Below, in pieces: positions 26,301-36,055 of a stretch of 64,000 nt of DNA. The notes under the pieces are model-generated. The model did no database searches. It saw nothing but the letters and a program-made list of their open reading frames with translations, and was not told where the DNA came from. The translations under genes and the position numbers were made by a program. Positions within the stretch are counted from its first letter, which is position 1, and every line of letters begins with the position of its first letter. The stretch is from Promethearchaeota archaeon (GTDB lineage: Archaea > Asgardarchaeota > Heimdallarchaeia > Hodarchaeales > Hodarchaeaceae), in the NCBI GenBank assembly GCA_048938105.1, contig JBHLMN010000010.1, positions 96,001-160,000 on the forward strand, in the 5' to 3' direction.

Positions 26301-28869
26301 TTATTAACTGATTCATAATAAATGCAGCATTATCAAGTTTGTTTACCTGCTGTAAATCCTTAACAAAACCTTGCAATACTTTGTAGTCAATATGATCAGT
26401 TTGGATCATTAGATTTGAGGAATATTTCATGTACTCAAAAACCATATCCAGTTGGTTATATTCTAGTAATTTTGCCATGAATTTCTGACAAAATTTAATA
26501 ACTTCAGCGATCTTATCTCCAGACGATAATAATCGTGAAAGTTCTTGATTGATCATCTCCTGAGCTGATAGAATTGCGTGATTCTCTAATAGATCATTAA
26601 CGTAATTGATAATGATCTTCTCTCGCTTCCTCGCATCACCGATTGTCTGTAATGCAGATTGAATGTATGCTTTTGCTTGGTCTTTCAATCCTAATTTTCC
26701 AAATAAATCGCTAATTATTAATTGTTTTTCAACACGACGTTTTTCATCAGTTTCATAGGCCTTTACAATAAGAGACTCTACAAATCTTATATAATCTCGT
26801 GCTGCGTTCGTTTCTTTTATTTCTACAAGACCCCGGACAATCTCTAAACTAAAATCAATTGCCTCGGGGATTTTATTTAGTTCATAGAATAACTTAATTG
26901 CTCTATTCCCGTATTCACAGGCTTTAATATAATTCTCTGAATCTAACAGAAATTTCGTACTCTCAATAGTAATTTCTAGTGCCTTTTCTTTCTTACCTTG
27001 GGTTTCTAAAGATATTAATAGCTGGTCAGCATATTTTAGATATGTTTCTTTATCATTTACTTCCTTAAGAAGGTTTAGTACAGTCTCAAGAGATTCTAGT
27101 AATTCAAAATGTACTTCTCGCTCTTCCTGTGACTCGAAAGCTTGATCTAATAGGAAATTTATGTCTTCTAGATAAGCAGTTTTCTGTTCGATGGTTACTT
27201 GATCATCATCCATTTTATTCAATTGTCTAATTGTATAACGGGCATAACGAAACGCATTTTCCTCCATAACTGATGGTAACCTTGCATTTTTATAGAAATC
27301 AACTTGTTTTCGTCCGAGCTGGGTAACATACTTCAGAGCTTCGACATTTTCCTCATCGGACAGATATTGATCTAATAATAACCCACAAAGATTAGCTGCA
27401 TTTAAGTAAGATTCTGCGGAAACTAACTTATCTAATGAATCTAAGACGAATTTATGAGCAGCATCAATGTCATTCTCCAATAATTCTTCAACTAAGGAGT
27501 TTCTAAGTTTTACTGCGTTAGTAGTCTTCTTTTGATCCTCGAAATAGCTCAAAAGTTTTAATCCGAATTGAAGAATACCTTTTGTGTTCTTCTCTTTCCT
27601 GAAACGTTCAAGAAGGAGTTCTGTTATTTGTGCTGCTGCTTCAAAATCGCCATCCGCTTCATGTTGTTCAATTATCTGCAGAAAATGACCTACAGCCACA
27701 TTAAGAATGATATCACCCATTGGCCGCTTAGCAAGCTGTTGTATTATCTTAAATAAATTTTCTGAGGCATCATAAAGATAACTAAAGGAAATCTGAGGGA
27801 TCTCTTGGTTTATTAGCCTAGCAAGTTCGTCTTGATCGATCTTGGCTTTAGTTACTTCAGAATACAACCCCTCTTTTGTTTTGAACTGTACAAACCAGGA
27901 ATCTAATTGGCGTAAAATTATGCAAATTACCCCACCTGTATGTTCAATTTCAACTTCTTTAACAGGTAATGGTTGGCCTTCGTTTACAAATGTCGTTACT
28001 TTTGCAATGAATTGATCAAAATCTTCAGCCTTAGTATACTCGGAGACATCTAGCGATGACAAATCAACCATGGTCATTTCATCTTCAGGTTCTTCCGCTT
28101 CTGAAATAGTGACCATTGGCTCTCCAATACCTGCTTTCGTTTCGGCTATTACGATTTCTTTGGCCTTTTCAGTCTCTAAGTAGGCTTCAGGATGTAGGAT
28201 GATCTTTTGAAGCTCCTCTGCTGTATCATAAATAGCGGAAAAAGAAAGAAAATCAATACCAGAATCACTAATCATTGCAACAAGATTGTCTTCATTTACA
28301 GCGTCTTTAGGAAATTTTTTCCGAACAATAAGAGTCTCATTTTGATAGAGAACAACTGCATATTGTCCATCTGGGCAATAATATACTCCTGCAAAACCTG
28401 CTTGAGAATATGGCATCTCGAATTTCTTCAGTAATTTATCATTTGGGTCAATGGAAATCTTTGAATCAGGTTTAGCAGCAACTTGAATAGCAGCTGATTC
28501 TTCTTCCGCAGCTGCTACTGAAATAGTTGCTTCAAGATCATCTGATATAGAAGGGGAGACAACAGCGCTTGGTTTTTCCTCTTCAACAACTAATGGTTGA
28601 AATTCATCATTTATTGTATTTAAAAGGAGTTCAGCTACATCAAAGATAGCTGAAAAACTAAAAAACTCAATTCCAGCGTCACTCAATAAATCAACTATAT
28701 TATCTAGGGTTAATTGTGATCCTGAGACTGAAGAAGATTTGAGTTGACGCTCGTTTTGATAAAAGGTAAAGATATATTCACCACGACTCAAATCATCCCT
28801 TATTTCACATTCAACGCCCGATGTGGAGGGGAGTTCTAATCTAATCTGCTTATGTTCTCGAGTTGCCAT
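23362..28869 (-). CDS. Giant (1835 aa) alpha-solenoid (TPR/SNAP-like) protein with three N-terminal repeats and an acidic disordered C-terminus
   Basis: Repeats ending IEFFSFSAIFDVAE / IDFLSFSAIYDTAE / IPQISFSYLYDASE; >1000 aa of helical hairpins (e.g. ENYIKACEYGNRAIKLFYELNKIPEA); E/P-rich tail ending KKKKK. Confidence 0.85.
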   Translation of the reverse strand: MATREHKQIRLELPSTSGVECEIRDDLSRGEYIFTFYQNERQLKSSSVSGSQLTLDNIVDLLSDAGIEFFSFSAIFDVAELLLNTINDEFQPLVVEEEKPSAVVSPSISDDLEATISVAAAEEESAAIQVAAKPDSKISIDPNDKLLKKFEMPYSQAGFAGVYYCPDGQYAVVLYQNETLIVRKKFPKDAVNEDNLVAMISDSGIDFLSFSAIYDTAEELQKIILHPEAYLETEKAKEIVIAETKAGIGEPMVTISEAEEPEDEMTMVDLSSLDVSEYTKAEDFDQFIAKVTTFVNEGQPLPVKEVEIEHTGGVICIILRQLDSWFVQFKTKEGLYSEVTKAKIDQDELARLINQEIPQISFSYLYDASENLFKIIQQLAKRPMGDIILNVAVGHFLQIIEQHEADGDFEAAAQITELLLERFRKEKNTKGILQFGLKLLSYFEDQKKTTNAVKLRNSLVEELLENDIDAAHKFVLDSLDKLVSAESYLNAANLCGLLLDQYLSDEENVEALKYVTQLGRKQVDFYKNARLPSVMEENAFRYARYTIRQLNKMDDDQVTIEQKTAYLEDINFLLDQAFESQEEREVHFELLESLETVLNLLKEVNDKETYLKYADQLLISLETQGKKEKALEITIESTKFLLDSENYIKACEYGNRAIKLFYELNKIPEAIDFSLEIVRGLVEIKETNAARDYIRFVESLIVKAYETDEKRRVEKQLIISDLFGKLGLKDQAKAYIQSALQTIGDARKREKIIINYVNDLLENHAILSAQEMINQELSRLLSSGDKIAEVIKFCQKFMAKLLEYNQLDMVFEYMKYSSNLMIQTDHIDYKVLQGFVKDLQQVNKLDNAAFIMNQLIILQKKQQDYTRAIDSITRFIDYLLENTERFDLVEYYIQRIAEVYQEMGDPEGSVEALIAFQKQILEYSVELAQRITDSILKEIEQKEDYKNCINIVSPLIDKQLELGKFQDAYIFSVQNARYYERLGDITKVMKYLEEIRDKFLDYKQVEEANRMTDLILRFGQSHRKFKLAISAMKDYSKNALDRGDTATSAKFCLEVANLLEEENQSEKALEFLQMIFDTVYEAEDLVSAMQVFQRIIKIRGEKAEFKKIARKYLEPLFQKYPDIQLIDTAKQVLKPPFEDLFPFLEKIFDYMLSSDEISENNAEAIVNFVISAYDEGWGEEGDRIANKYAYKMLNTEQISHASRLMAIVLEKTEKPMAEVLLASFDFIKELINNSLLEGAREYTDRVIKTAEDRFGGEGRLLAAKISQKFALFVASENPDLASEYAYQASTLYRSLNNFEGVVDVYINLAEQITSPKQTIRAYKRGIGICKKFKADKYEAILLSHLTEYLVFTNNVAALASFQQTLEKYEELQDLDELFNVMVNLIEVAIKADNLKIAYTYLDYMTRLSSMINKKEEIGGTLVFLLHHAEEVKDNDRIELVKKYIDELGIKPKKYKKEYAMLSEQRMVHVEEKIGKIEAVELEEEPEPVPELVETKVIVPPTLEVPTPIEPTQEEIDEQIDEEFVSVIKEFGEEAPVMTDQEKVSPMADEVPVEPSIEVPFEDKFDVSQQEPEEIIKPLPHETPEIPKTAALSDAEISTLFSAEPSPIQEVPSKEAVLPPEEITPPVEEVHPAIEQISHKKEVKPAALSEEEVESLFIPRAEEFEQPEMVAREEEVPEDEEWEVDSFGRLWKKGTLASSIEEPQVEREELPSDVAIATPDLSPLEKIIQEEEAKDVMEDIAEGIFEKALGEPQEIIPPESRADSIEDILTKEEESVTKDIFHVPQVDYQEISPIEEAKESQVKIPDLADLFSDALSELGSISGETGEIDKGKKKKK

Positions 28870-29054
28870 CTAATATCCCTTGGCGAGGTTAATCAGTTAC
28901 TAGGTACCAATACAAGTGAAAATACAAAAAGATTCTTCAATGAAGGCTCTTTCTATTCAGTTGTTTAGTAACTTTTCCGTTCTAAAAGTTTTCTAATTTC
29001 AGCAAAAATGATTCAACATGTAAAAAGTGAAATAATTTTAGTGGACGTTGACCT

Positions 29055-30413
29055 CTAGAATTCCTTAGGGGTCATCATTTTTGGCAATATAATCTGAAAT
29101 ATTTTCTTATACAGTATCCGTACAATTGGAACATCAAAAAGTGTTCTTAGTATTCGTAAGCTTATGTTTCGCCTAGATTCAAGGATTTCCCCATCAAGTG
29201 ATATCTTATTAATCCAAAAAGATTTACGAAATAAACTCATAATTAAATGATAATTAATAATAGTAATAAGATCCCAAGCTCTTTTGATATGTTGTTCAGG
29301 ATAATCTATTGTTTCTCCCATACTCAATCGAATGATTTCAATTAAATGATATACATCAATCTTACTACCAAAAAGTTCACGAGAAACCCATAATAAATAA
29401 AGACAGCCTCCACAATATGTTATCATAGCCTCCGCTCCAGTTGATTCTGCTTCCCGAAACTTTTTCTTTGATGTAGCCATTATATCAAATACGATATTCA
29501 GAGGACGTTTCCATGAAGCTCCAGCCCCAAAGCCACAGCAAAGAGAATTTTCCCTGTTATGTCTCATTTCTATGATTTTACAACCTGTATGCTTGAGTAT
29601 GAATCGAGGAGGATCCCAATACCCACTACCAGCTTTTGAGTAACAATTGTCATGAATTGTAACTCTCATTTCTAGCTGGTATGGGAGAAGGATTTCACCA
29701 CTTCTTATTTTATCAAGAAGGAACTTATGGAAATTTATAACTTTATAATCATTCGACACGCCCATTTCTGAAGGATGGACATTGGTCAACATCCAATGGA
29801 CAGCATCAAGAGAAGGAATTATTTTTTTGACATTCCACCTTCGGAAATCTCGCTTACACTTTTCAGCGATGTGTTTAACTACATCTAGATATCCTCCTTG
29901 ATATAAGTACGCACCACACTCCCAATGATCCAATCTATCAATAGGATTAAAATAATTGAGTAATTTGCTATTACCATAGACGAATGGTAAAAGGTGGAGG
30001 TAGTTACTAACAAGGAAGACGTCATCCTTGGGTGTTTGGGTCATCCATCGATTCACCCATGTAAGTTCTTCAGTAGTCATAAAGATACGGAGTATTTGCC
30101 AGATATTATGCTCCATAGTGGGAACCACAAATCGATAAATAGATGGAGCTCCTCTTTGTTTGTAAAGCGCATTCCAACGTTCTAGAATCAATTGATAGGG
30201 CTTACAATCATGTGGACAATAATGGTTGCAGGAAAAACATGAAGTACAGTGCAAAAGAACATATTGGCTTTCATTCCCCTTAATTAAGTTTGTAATCTCC
30301 TGTTGTGCTACCTCTAATGGTAATCTTAACTCAGGGCAGCGATGGAAACACTCTCCACATTTTGTACAAAGAGATTCATTGAACACTGACTCATTCCTGG
30401 CGATTATTTTCAT
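29055..30413 (-). CDS. Fe-S oxidoreductase, HdrD/GlpC-like (2x4Fe-4S + CCG domains)
   Basis: CTKCGECFHRCP, CTSCFSCNHYCP, VTIHDNCY, LCCGFGAG, TYCGGC. Confidence 0.88.
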   Translation of the reverse strand: MKIIARNESVFNESLCTKCGECFHRCPELRLPLEVAQQEITNLIKGNESQYVLLHCTSCFSCNHYCPHDCKPYQLILERWNALYKQRGAPSIYRFVVPTMEHNIWQILRIFMTTEELTWVNRWMTQTPKDDVFLVSNYLHLLPFVYGNSKLLNYFNPIDRLDHWECGAYLYQGGYLDVVKHIAEKCKRDFRRWNVKKIIPSLDAVHWMLTNVHPSEMGVSNDYKVINFHKFLLDKIRSGEILLPYQLEMRVTIHDNCYSKAGSGYWDPPRFILKHTGCKIIEMRHNRENSLCCGFGAGASWKRPLNIVFDIMATSKKKFREAESTGAEAMITYCGGCLYLLWVSRELFGSKIDVYHLIEIIRLSMGETIDYPEQHIKRAWDLITIINYHLIMSLFRKSFWINKISLDGEILESRRNISLRILRTLFDVPIVRILYKKIFQIILPKMMTPKEF

Positions 30414-30443
30414 TCACAAGTCACTCCTAGAAAATAAGACATC

Positions 30444-31724
30444 TTAGTAAGTATTCTCTGGTGGATCCTCAGGTATCGGTGGAAGAAAAAATCGTTTTCT
30501 TGAATACAATTTTGGAAATTGTTTCACTATTATCCCACGAAACATTTTAGAAGCAGTTCGATTAATCATTCGCTTTGGTGATTCCCCAATAGCAAGTTGA
30601 AGTAATTCGATAATGTGATAGATATCCATTGGGAATTTTTTGAGATAAAGCTTTTTGGCTACATGATATTGCTGATTGCAACCAGAACAATATACACATA
30701 AAACATCGGCCCCCGTCTTTTTAGCAAAATCAAGATTTTGAACAGTCGATTTACGCATTTGAATGGGAGAATATGCAGAATCCACGCTAAATCCAGCACC
30801 GATACCACAGCATCTCATAGTTTCTCTATTATATGGAAGTTCAGTGATTTTTGCCCCAATTTTTTCTAAAATCTTCCGTGGAAGATCCATATAGTCGTCC
30901 CCGAACATTTTTGCGTAACAAGAGTCTTGGATGGTCACTTTCATGTCTAATTGCTGAGTTATCTCTATTTCCCCATCTTTCAGTCTATTCCATAGCCATT
31001 CAATGTATGGCGTTATTGATTCAAACTCATATTCTAATCCATAGCTTGGTAAAACGTTCTTGAAGACATTTGTACCTGCTGTACATAGTACCATGAGGTT
31101 TTTAGGTTTTAAAATATTGAACCATTTATCTAATCTCTTGGCAATCTGCTTTAATTCATTAATATAGCCTGTTCTAAAAAGGGTCTCCCCACAACAGTAT
31201 TCTAATCTTCCTCGAATGTCACATTCCTCAAACAGGCTAGTACCATGTACTAAGGTTGGTGTTAGTATCACATTACACCCAGGATAAGTTAGAGTATCCC
31301 CTTTCAGAGGATCAAAACTTGCCCATTTCTCAATAATGCTTCTTTCTTCAGGAGTCATTCTTTCCAAGGTATAAGTTCTGAAATTTGGATAATTTGGATA
31401 ATGAGTCAGAAAATACTTCCCCCTAATCTTAAGGCCCTCACTTTCATATTGCTCTCGCCAGCGTTGAAGAATCAAACTTGTCGGATTACACCCCTTCTCA
31501 CAATAGAAATTACATGTGAAACAACTTTGGCAATCATATAATATGCGTGATACTTTTCCAACAATTAAATTCTTCATTTCTTCGATTGCTTTATCCAAAG
31601 ACAATTCCATGATAGGACAAGAAGTGAGGCATTCCCCACATATGTCACATTTTTCGGATTTGAATTCCCCAAAAAAATCACTTGTTACTGGGATTAATGG
31701 TCGAGTCATTCTATCTATATCCAA
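30444..31724 (-). CDS. Fe-S oxidoreductase, HdrD/GlpC-like (2x4Fe-4S + CCG domains)
   Basis: CDICGECLTSCP, CQSCFTCNFYC, YPGC, YCCGE, QDSCY, RCCGIGAG, YCSGC. Confidence 0.88.
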   Translation of the reverse strand: MDIDRMTRPLIPVTSDFFGEFKSEKCDICGECLTSCPIMELSLDKAIEEMKNLIVGKVSRILYDCQSCFTCNFYCEKGCNPTSLILQRWREQYESEGLKIRGKYFLTHYPNYPNFRTYTLERMTPEERSIIEKWASFDPLKGDTLTYPGCNVILTPTLVHGTSLFEECDIRGRLEYCCGETLFRTGYINELKQIAKRLDKWFNILKPKNLMVLCTAGTNVFKNVLPSYGLEYEFESITPYIEWLWNRLKDGEIEITQQLDMKVTIQDSCYAKMFGDDYMDLPRKILEKIGAKITELPYNRETMRCCGIGAGFSVDSAYSPIQMRKSTVQNLDFAKKTGADVLCVYCSGCNQQYHVAKKLYLKKFPMDIYHIIELLQLAIGESPKRMINRTASKMFRGIIVKQFPKLYSRKRFFLPPIPEDPPENTY

Positions 31725-31754
31725 TAGCTAATCACTATACCTGTAATTGACTCT

Positions 31755-32999
31755 TCAGGTAGATTTTTCAACATAAATTTGGACTAAATTCAAAATTGTT
31801 TCAACTGATTTTTCCATAGCAATAACAGGAACGAATTCTTTTTTACTATGAAAATTTATGCTCCCAGTAAAAATATTGGGGGTAGGAAGACCCATATAGC
31901 TCAATCGTGCTCCATCAGTGCCACCTCGTACTGGTTTACGAATCACCTCAATTCCAGCTCGTTTGATAGCCTCTTCTGCATAAACAACAACATGAGGAAC
32001 TTTATCTAGCTGATATTTCATGTTCTTATATTGTTCTTTAAGATCTAACTCAATCTTGGCTTTGGGATATTGATCCTGTATATCCAGGACAATTTCTTTA
32101 ACTTTCTGCATTTTTCGATGGAGCTCATCTAAGTCAAAATCACGTAAAATAAACTTTAATTTAGATTCATTCACAGACCCTTCAGCTTCTAGAACGTGAT
32201 AATAACCCTCTTGCTTTTCAGTTGTTTCTGGTGCTTGATCTTTAGGAAACTGTGTAATGATATCACCCAAAATCCGAACAGCATTAACCATTTTATCCTT
32301 AGCATAACCTGGATGAAAATTGAAACCCTTTATTGATATTGTTCCGCCAGCAGCATTAAAAGTCTCAGATTCTAAGACACCCATCTCATCACCATCAATA
32401 GTATAACCAACATCCGCTCCTAATGCTTCAACATCTAAAGCATCGACTCCATGACCCACTTCTTCGTCTGGTGTGAAGACTATTTTAATAGTCCCATGTT
32501 TAATGGAAGGATCGCTTACTAAAATATCTATTACGGTCATAATCGCAGCAATCCCTGCCTTATCATCCCCTCCAAGCAAAGTTGTACCATCTGATGTGAC
32601 AATATCACTTCCAATGAATTTTTTCAAACTTGGAGTTTCTTGGGGAGAAATAACTAGATCAGGATTACCTGGGAGTACAATATCCCCCCCATCATAATTT
32701 TTAATTATTTGAGGTTTAACATTTTCCCCTGGTTCTTCTGGTGAAGTATCCATGTGAGCACATAGACAAAGAACAGGGACTTTCTTAGCCAATTCCTTGG
32801 AAAGATTTGATTGAAGGGTTGCAATAACATAACAATGCTCATCTACAGAAGCATCTGTCAAACCAAGCGCTTGTAATTCTGTGAGCAACAAATTGGCAAG
32901 ATCAAACTGTCTTTGAGTGCTAGGAATTTCAGAAATGTCTTCCTGACTCGTTGTATGAATTGTAACATATTTCAGAAATCTGTCTACTACCGATGACAT
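31755..32999 (-). CDS. pepT: Peptidase T (M20B tripeptidase)
   Basis: RFLKYV, AHMDTS, DGTTLLGGDDKAG, FTPDEEVG, ETFNAA, HPGYAK, RGGTDG, GLPTPNIFTG..NFHS. Confidence 0.96.
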   Translation of the reverse strand: MSSVVDRFLKYVTIHTTSQEDISEIPSTQRQFDLANLLLTELQALGLTDASVDEHCYVIATLQSNLSKELAKKVPVLCLCAHMDTSPEEPGENVKPQIIKNYDGGDIVLPGNPDLVISPQETPSLKKFIGSDIVTSDGTTLLGGDDKAGIAAIMTVIDILVSDPSIKHGTIKIVFTPDEEVGHGVDALDVEALGADVGYTIDGDEMGVLESETFNAAGGTISIKGFNFHPGYAKDKMVNAVRILGDIITQFPKDQAPETTEKQEGYYHVLEAEGSVNESKLKFILRDFDLDELHRKMQKVKEIVLDIQDQYPKAKIELDLKEQYKNMKYQLDKVPHVVVYAEEAIKRAGIEVIRKPVRGGTDGARLSYMGLPTPNIFTGSINFHSKKEFVPVIAMEKSVETILNLVQIYVEKST

Positions 33000-33149
33000 A
33001 AGCACATCAACTACACCAGCTAGCTAGAGGAACTTGTTAAAGGCTTTACTACTCAGACACTAAGAAAAGATTTATTTCCCTATTGAGGAATACGTGAAAG
33101 AATACCCCCATTTGATTACATCGATGAGAATTAGTAAGGTAGAACAAAA

Positions 33150-34601
33150 TTGGAAGATTTATTAGAATATGTACTAGAACTGGGGAAAGGGGATGAATAT
33201 TTAGACATTCGATTGGAATCCTTTCAAAATGTAGTTATTAAGTCAATCAACAAAGAAATAACAAAGGCATTTACTTACCAAAAAAGAGGATTGGGAGTTC
33301 GAGTATTATTTAATGGTGCCTGGGGGTTTGCCTGTACCCAAAATTTAAACAAAGAGCAACTGCAAAAAACTGTGGATATCGCCCGAAAAATGGCAACTAT
33401 CGAATCAAGCCGAACAAAAAATCCAATTCAACTAGCAGAAATTCCAATCGTAGAAGATCGGGTCGAATTAAATTGCAAAATTGATTTTAGAGAAATTAGC
33501 CTTGAAGAAAAAGTCAAAGACGTTTTACAATGGCATAATGAGATCGATATATCTGAGAACATTGTGAGAACGATTGTAGATTATGCAACTATTTCAGCAA
33601 GAAAATTCTTCTGGAGTAGTGAAGGAACGAAGATCGAATTCATTCGTCCAATTGTTAATGTAAATTTAGGAGCTGTGGCTAGAGGAACATCTGGCGTTCA
33701 GGCATATTATCAACCATGGGGAGGAACAACTCCAGATGTAGGTGGAACAGGTGGGCACGAAATACTAGGTCAAAATGGAAATCTCACTGAAACATGTCGC
33801 AGAATGGGCGAAAAAGCTCTTAATTTAGCAAATGCAAAACCAGCACCAAATCTTCGAGATGTTCCCATCGTTTTTGATCCATCTTATATGGCATTACTTG
33901 TACATGAGATTGTGGGACACCCATCTGAAGCAGATCGAGTCCTTGGTTGGGAAAGTGCCTGGGCAGGAACCACTTGGTGGAAGGGAATAAGTAAAGATGA
34001 AGGAAATCCTACTAAGATTGGATCTAAATACGTCACGGTTTATAATGATCCAACAATTCCAAACAACTTTGCTTACATGCTATATGATGATGAAGGAACC
34101 CCTTGTAAGAGAACTACACTGATTAACGAAGGGATCCTCACTGAAAGAATGCATTCGCGCGAAACAGCGGCGATTATGGACGTAAAACCGAATGGTGCCA
34201 TGAGAGCAAATACATATGAATATCATCCTATTATTCGGCAAATCAATGTATACTGGGGGATTGGAGATTGGAAGGCAGAGGAAATAATCGAAGACACAAA
34301 AGAAGGGGTCTATCTTTTGGGAGCAAACATCCCTTCTCTCGACGACCAACGATTCAATTGGGCAATTTCAAGCCAAGAAGGTTATCTTATCAAAAATGGA
34401 GAATTAACAGATCACCTTTATTCATGTACGGCAACAGCAACCACTCCAGCTTTTCTTAAAAGTATTGATGCGCTTGCTAAAGACGATCAAAACCTCTTTT
34501 GGTCAGGATGTGGAAAAGGAGACCCAATGCAAGGTGGAACAGTATCGAATGGAGGCCCAACGATGCGTGGCTTAGCAAGCCTCAAAGGACCAGGAAGCTG
34601 A
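33150..34601 (+). CDS. tldD: TldD family metalloprotease
   Basis: GLGVRVL.NGAWGFA, HEIVGHPSEADR, YDDEG, GCGKGDPMQ. Confidence 0.92.
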   Translation: MEDLLEYVLELGKGDEYLDIRLESFQNVVIKSINKEITKAFTYQKRGLGVRVLFNGAWGFACTQNLNKEQLQKTVDIARKMATIESSRTKNPIQLAEIPIVEDRVELNCKIDFREISLEEKVKDVLQWHNEIDISENIVRTIVDYATISARKFFWSSEGTKIEFIRPIVNVNLGAVARGTSGVQAYYQPWGGTTPDVGGTGGHEILGQNGNLTETCRRMGEKALNLANAKPAPNLRDVPIVFDPSYMALLVHEIVGHPSEADRVLGWESAWAGTTWWKGISKDEGNPTKIGSKYVTVYNDPTIPNNFAYMLYDDEGTPCKRTTLINEGILTERMHSRETAAIMDVKPNGAMRANTYEYHPIIRQINVYWGIGDWKAEEIIEDTKEGVYLLGANIPSLDDQRFNWAISSQEGYLIKNGELTDHLYSCTATATTPAFLKSIDALAKDDQNLFWSGCGKGDPMQGGTVSNGGPTMRGLASLKGPGS

Positions 34602-34616
34602 TAAGAGGAGATAAAG

Positions 34617-36014
34617 ATGCAAGATTATTCAGAACGTTTGGAATATGCCTTAATAAAAGCAAGGGATAAAAAAGAAACAGCTCAAGCTGAAGTTTTTCTG
34701 GGAGCTAATCATCTATTAACTATACGCTCGGCAGTAGGGAAGATTCTCGAAAGCAAAGTTATTCAGGATGCAGGTTTAGGGATACGGATTCTAACGAAAG
34801 ACCAAGGATTAGGTTTTTCCTCAACCTGCGATTTTTCCGACAAGTCTATTTCAGATGCAGTTGAAGAAGCTTTAGTATTATCAAAGTATCGGAAAATCCC
34901 TGATTACTCTTTCTCATTTCCTAAAAAAGCTACTCGGGTAAGTAAGTTCCATGATAAAAAGATCGTTGACATGATTTTTTCGTATAAAGAAGTCAACGAG
35001 CAAGTCAATCAGATGTTACAAGAGACTCTTGAACTAAATCCAGCAGTTAAAGAGGTAGCTGGTCCAACTCATCTGGTGGAATACTCTAAACAGGTCATGA
35101 ATACTAATGGTATAGACATTTCGGAGAAAGGTACATACTGGAATATTGAACTGCTAGCAGTCGCTGAATCAACTACAGACAGACGAGAAGGGTCAGATTC
35201 TTCGGCTGGATGGAATTTCAGCGAAATTAATACTGTTCCTCTTTCAAAACATGCAGTAGACATGGCAGTAACAAGTCTTGATGGTACAAAACTGCAGGCT
35301 GGTTCGTATGAAATAATTTTAAGTCCCATGTCAGTTTCAACATTCTTGCATTGGCTAGCATTGCTAACTTATCCACAAAATCAGGAAAGAAACATGCCTC
35401 TATTGAGAGATAAAATTGGTGAAGAAATCGCTTCATCGTTAATGACTGTAGGCCATGATCCTTTAACGGTACCAAGCCCCACTTCTGGATCGTATGATGA
35501 CGAAGGGGTACCAATTCAAGATCTGTGTCTAATTAAAGAGGGAGTATATAAATTAATACCCCTTGATACATTCTATGCTACTCAATTCCAAACCACATCG
35601 AATGGTACTGGATATCGAATCCTAGCAGCTTCTGGAATGACTCAGTATCCTGGCCAGCTTTATCAAAGTGAACCGTTACCTCAGCTTCCCGCAGTTTATA
35701 TGGAAGAGGGGAAAAATAGTATTGAAGAAATGATTGCGGAAACGAAACATGGTATTTACCTTGATTTCCTCCATTATGCTTATGTGACAAACGGAGGAAC
35801 TGGGGACTACACAGGGATATTAAGACAAGGAACCTTCTTAGTCAAAAATGGAGAAATAACAGAACCCATTCAAAAATGCCGTCTCTTAGACAACATCATT
35901 GAAATGGCCAAGAAAATTAAAATGATTGGTCCTAGTCGTATGGCTGGGCACTGGCGAGACATGCTGAAAGTTCCTCCAGTAAAAATATCAGAAGTGAATA
36001 TTACACCCTATTAA
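34617..36014 (+). CDS. pmbA: TldE/PmbA family protein
   Basis: GLGIRI, YDDEGVP, TGDY, NGEI; lacks HExxH; 15 nt downstream of tldD with GAGGAG SD. Confidence 0.88.
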   Translation: MQDYSERLEYALIKARDKKETAQAEVFLGANHLLTIRSAVGKILESKVIQDAGLGIRILTKDQGLGFSSTCDFSDKSISDAVEEALVLSKYRKIPDYSFSFPKKATRVSKFHDKKIVDMIFSYKEVNEQVNQMLQETLELNPAVKEVAGPTHLVEYSKQVMNTNGIDISEKGTYWNIELLAVAESTTDRREGSDSSAGWNFSEINTVPLSKHAVDMAVTSLDGTKLQAGSYEIILSPMSVSTFLHWLALLTYPQNQERNMPLLRDKIGEEIASSLMTVGHDPLTVPSPTSGSYDDEGVPIQDLCLIKEGVYKLIPLDTFYATQFQTTSNGTGYRILAASGMTQYPGQLYQSEPLPQLPAVYMEEGKNSIEEMIAETKHGIYLDFLHYAYVTNGGTGDYTGILRQGTFLVKNGEITEPIQKCRLLDNIIEMAKKIKMIGPSRMAGHWRDMLKVPPVKISEVNITPY

Positions 36015-36024
36015 TATTATGGGG

Positions 36025-36045
36025 TAAAAAAAAAGAAAAAAGAAG
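36025..36045 (-). terminator. Oligo-T archaeal terminator candidate
   Basis: Minus strand CTTCTTTTTTCTTTTTTTTT just downstream of the AIM24 stop, between convergent genes. Confidence 0.5.
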
Positions 36046-36055
36046 TAAACGTTCC

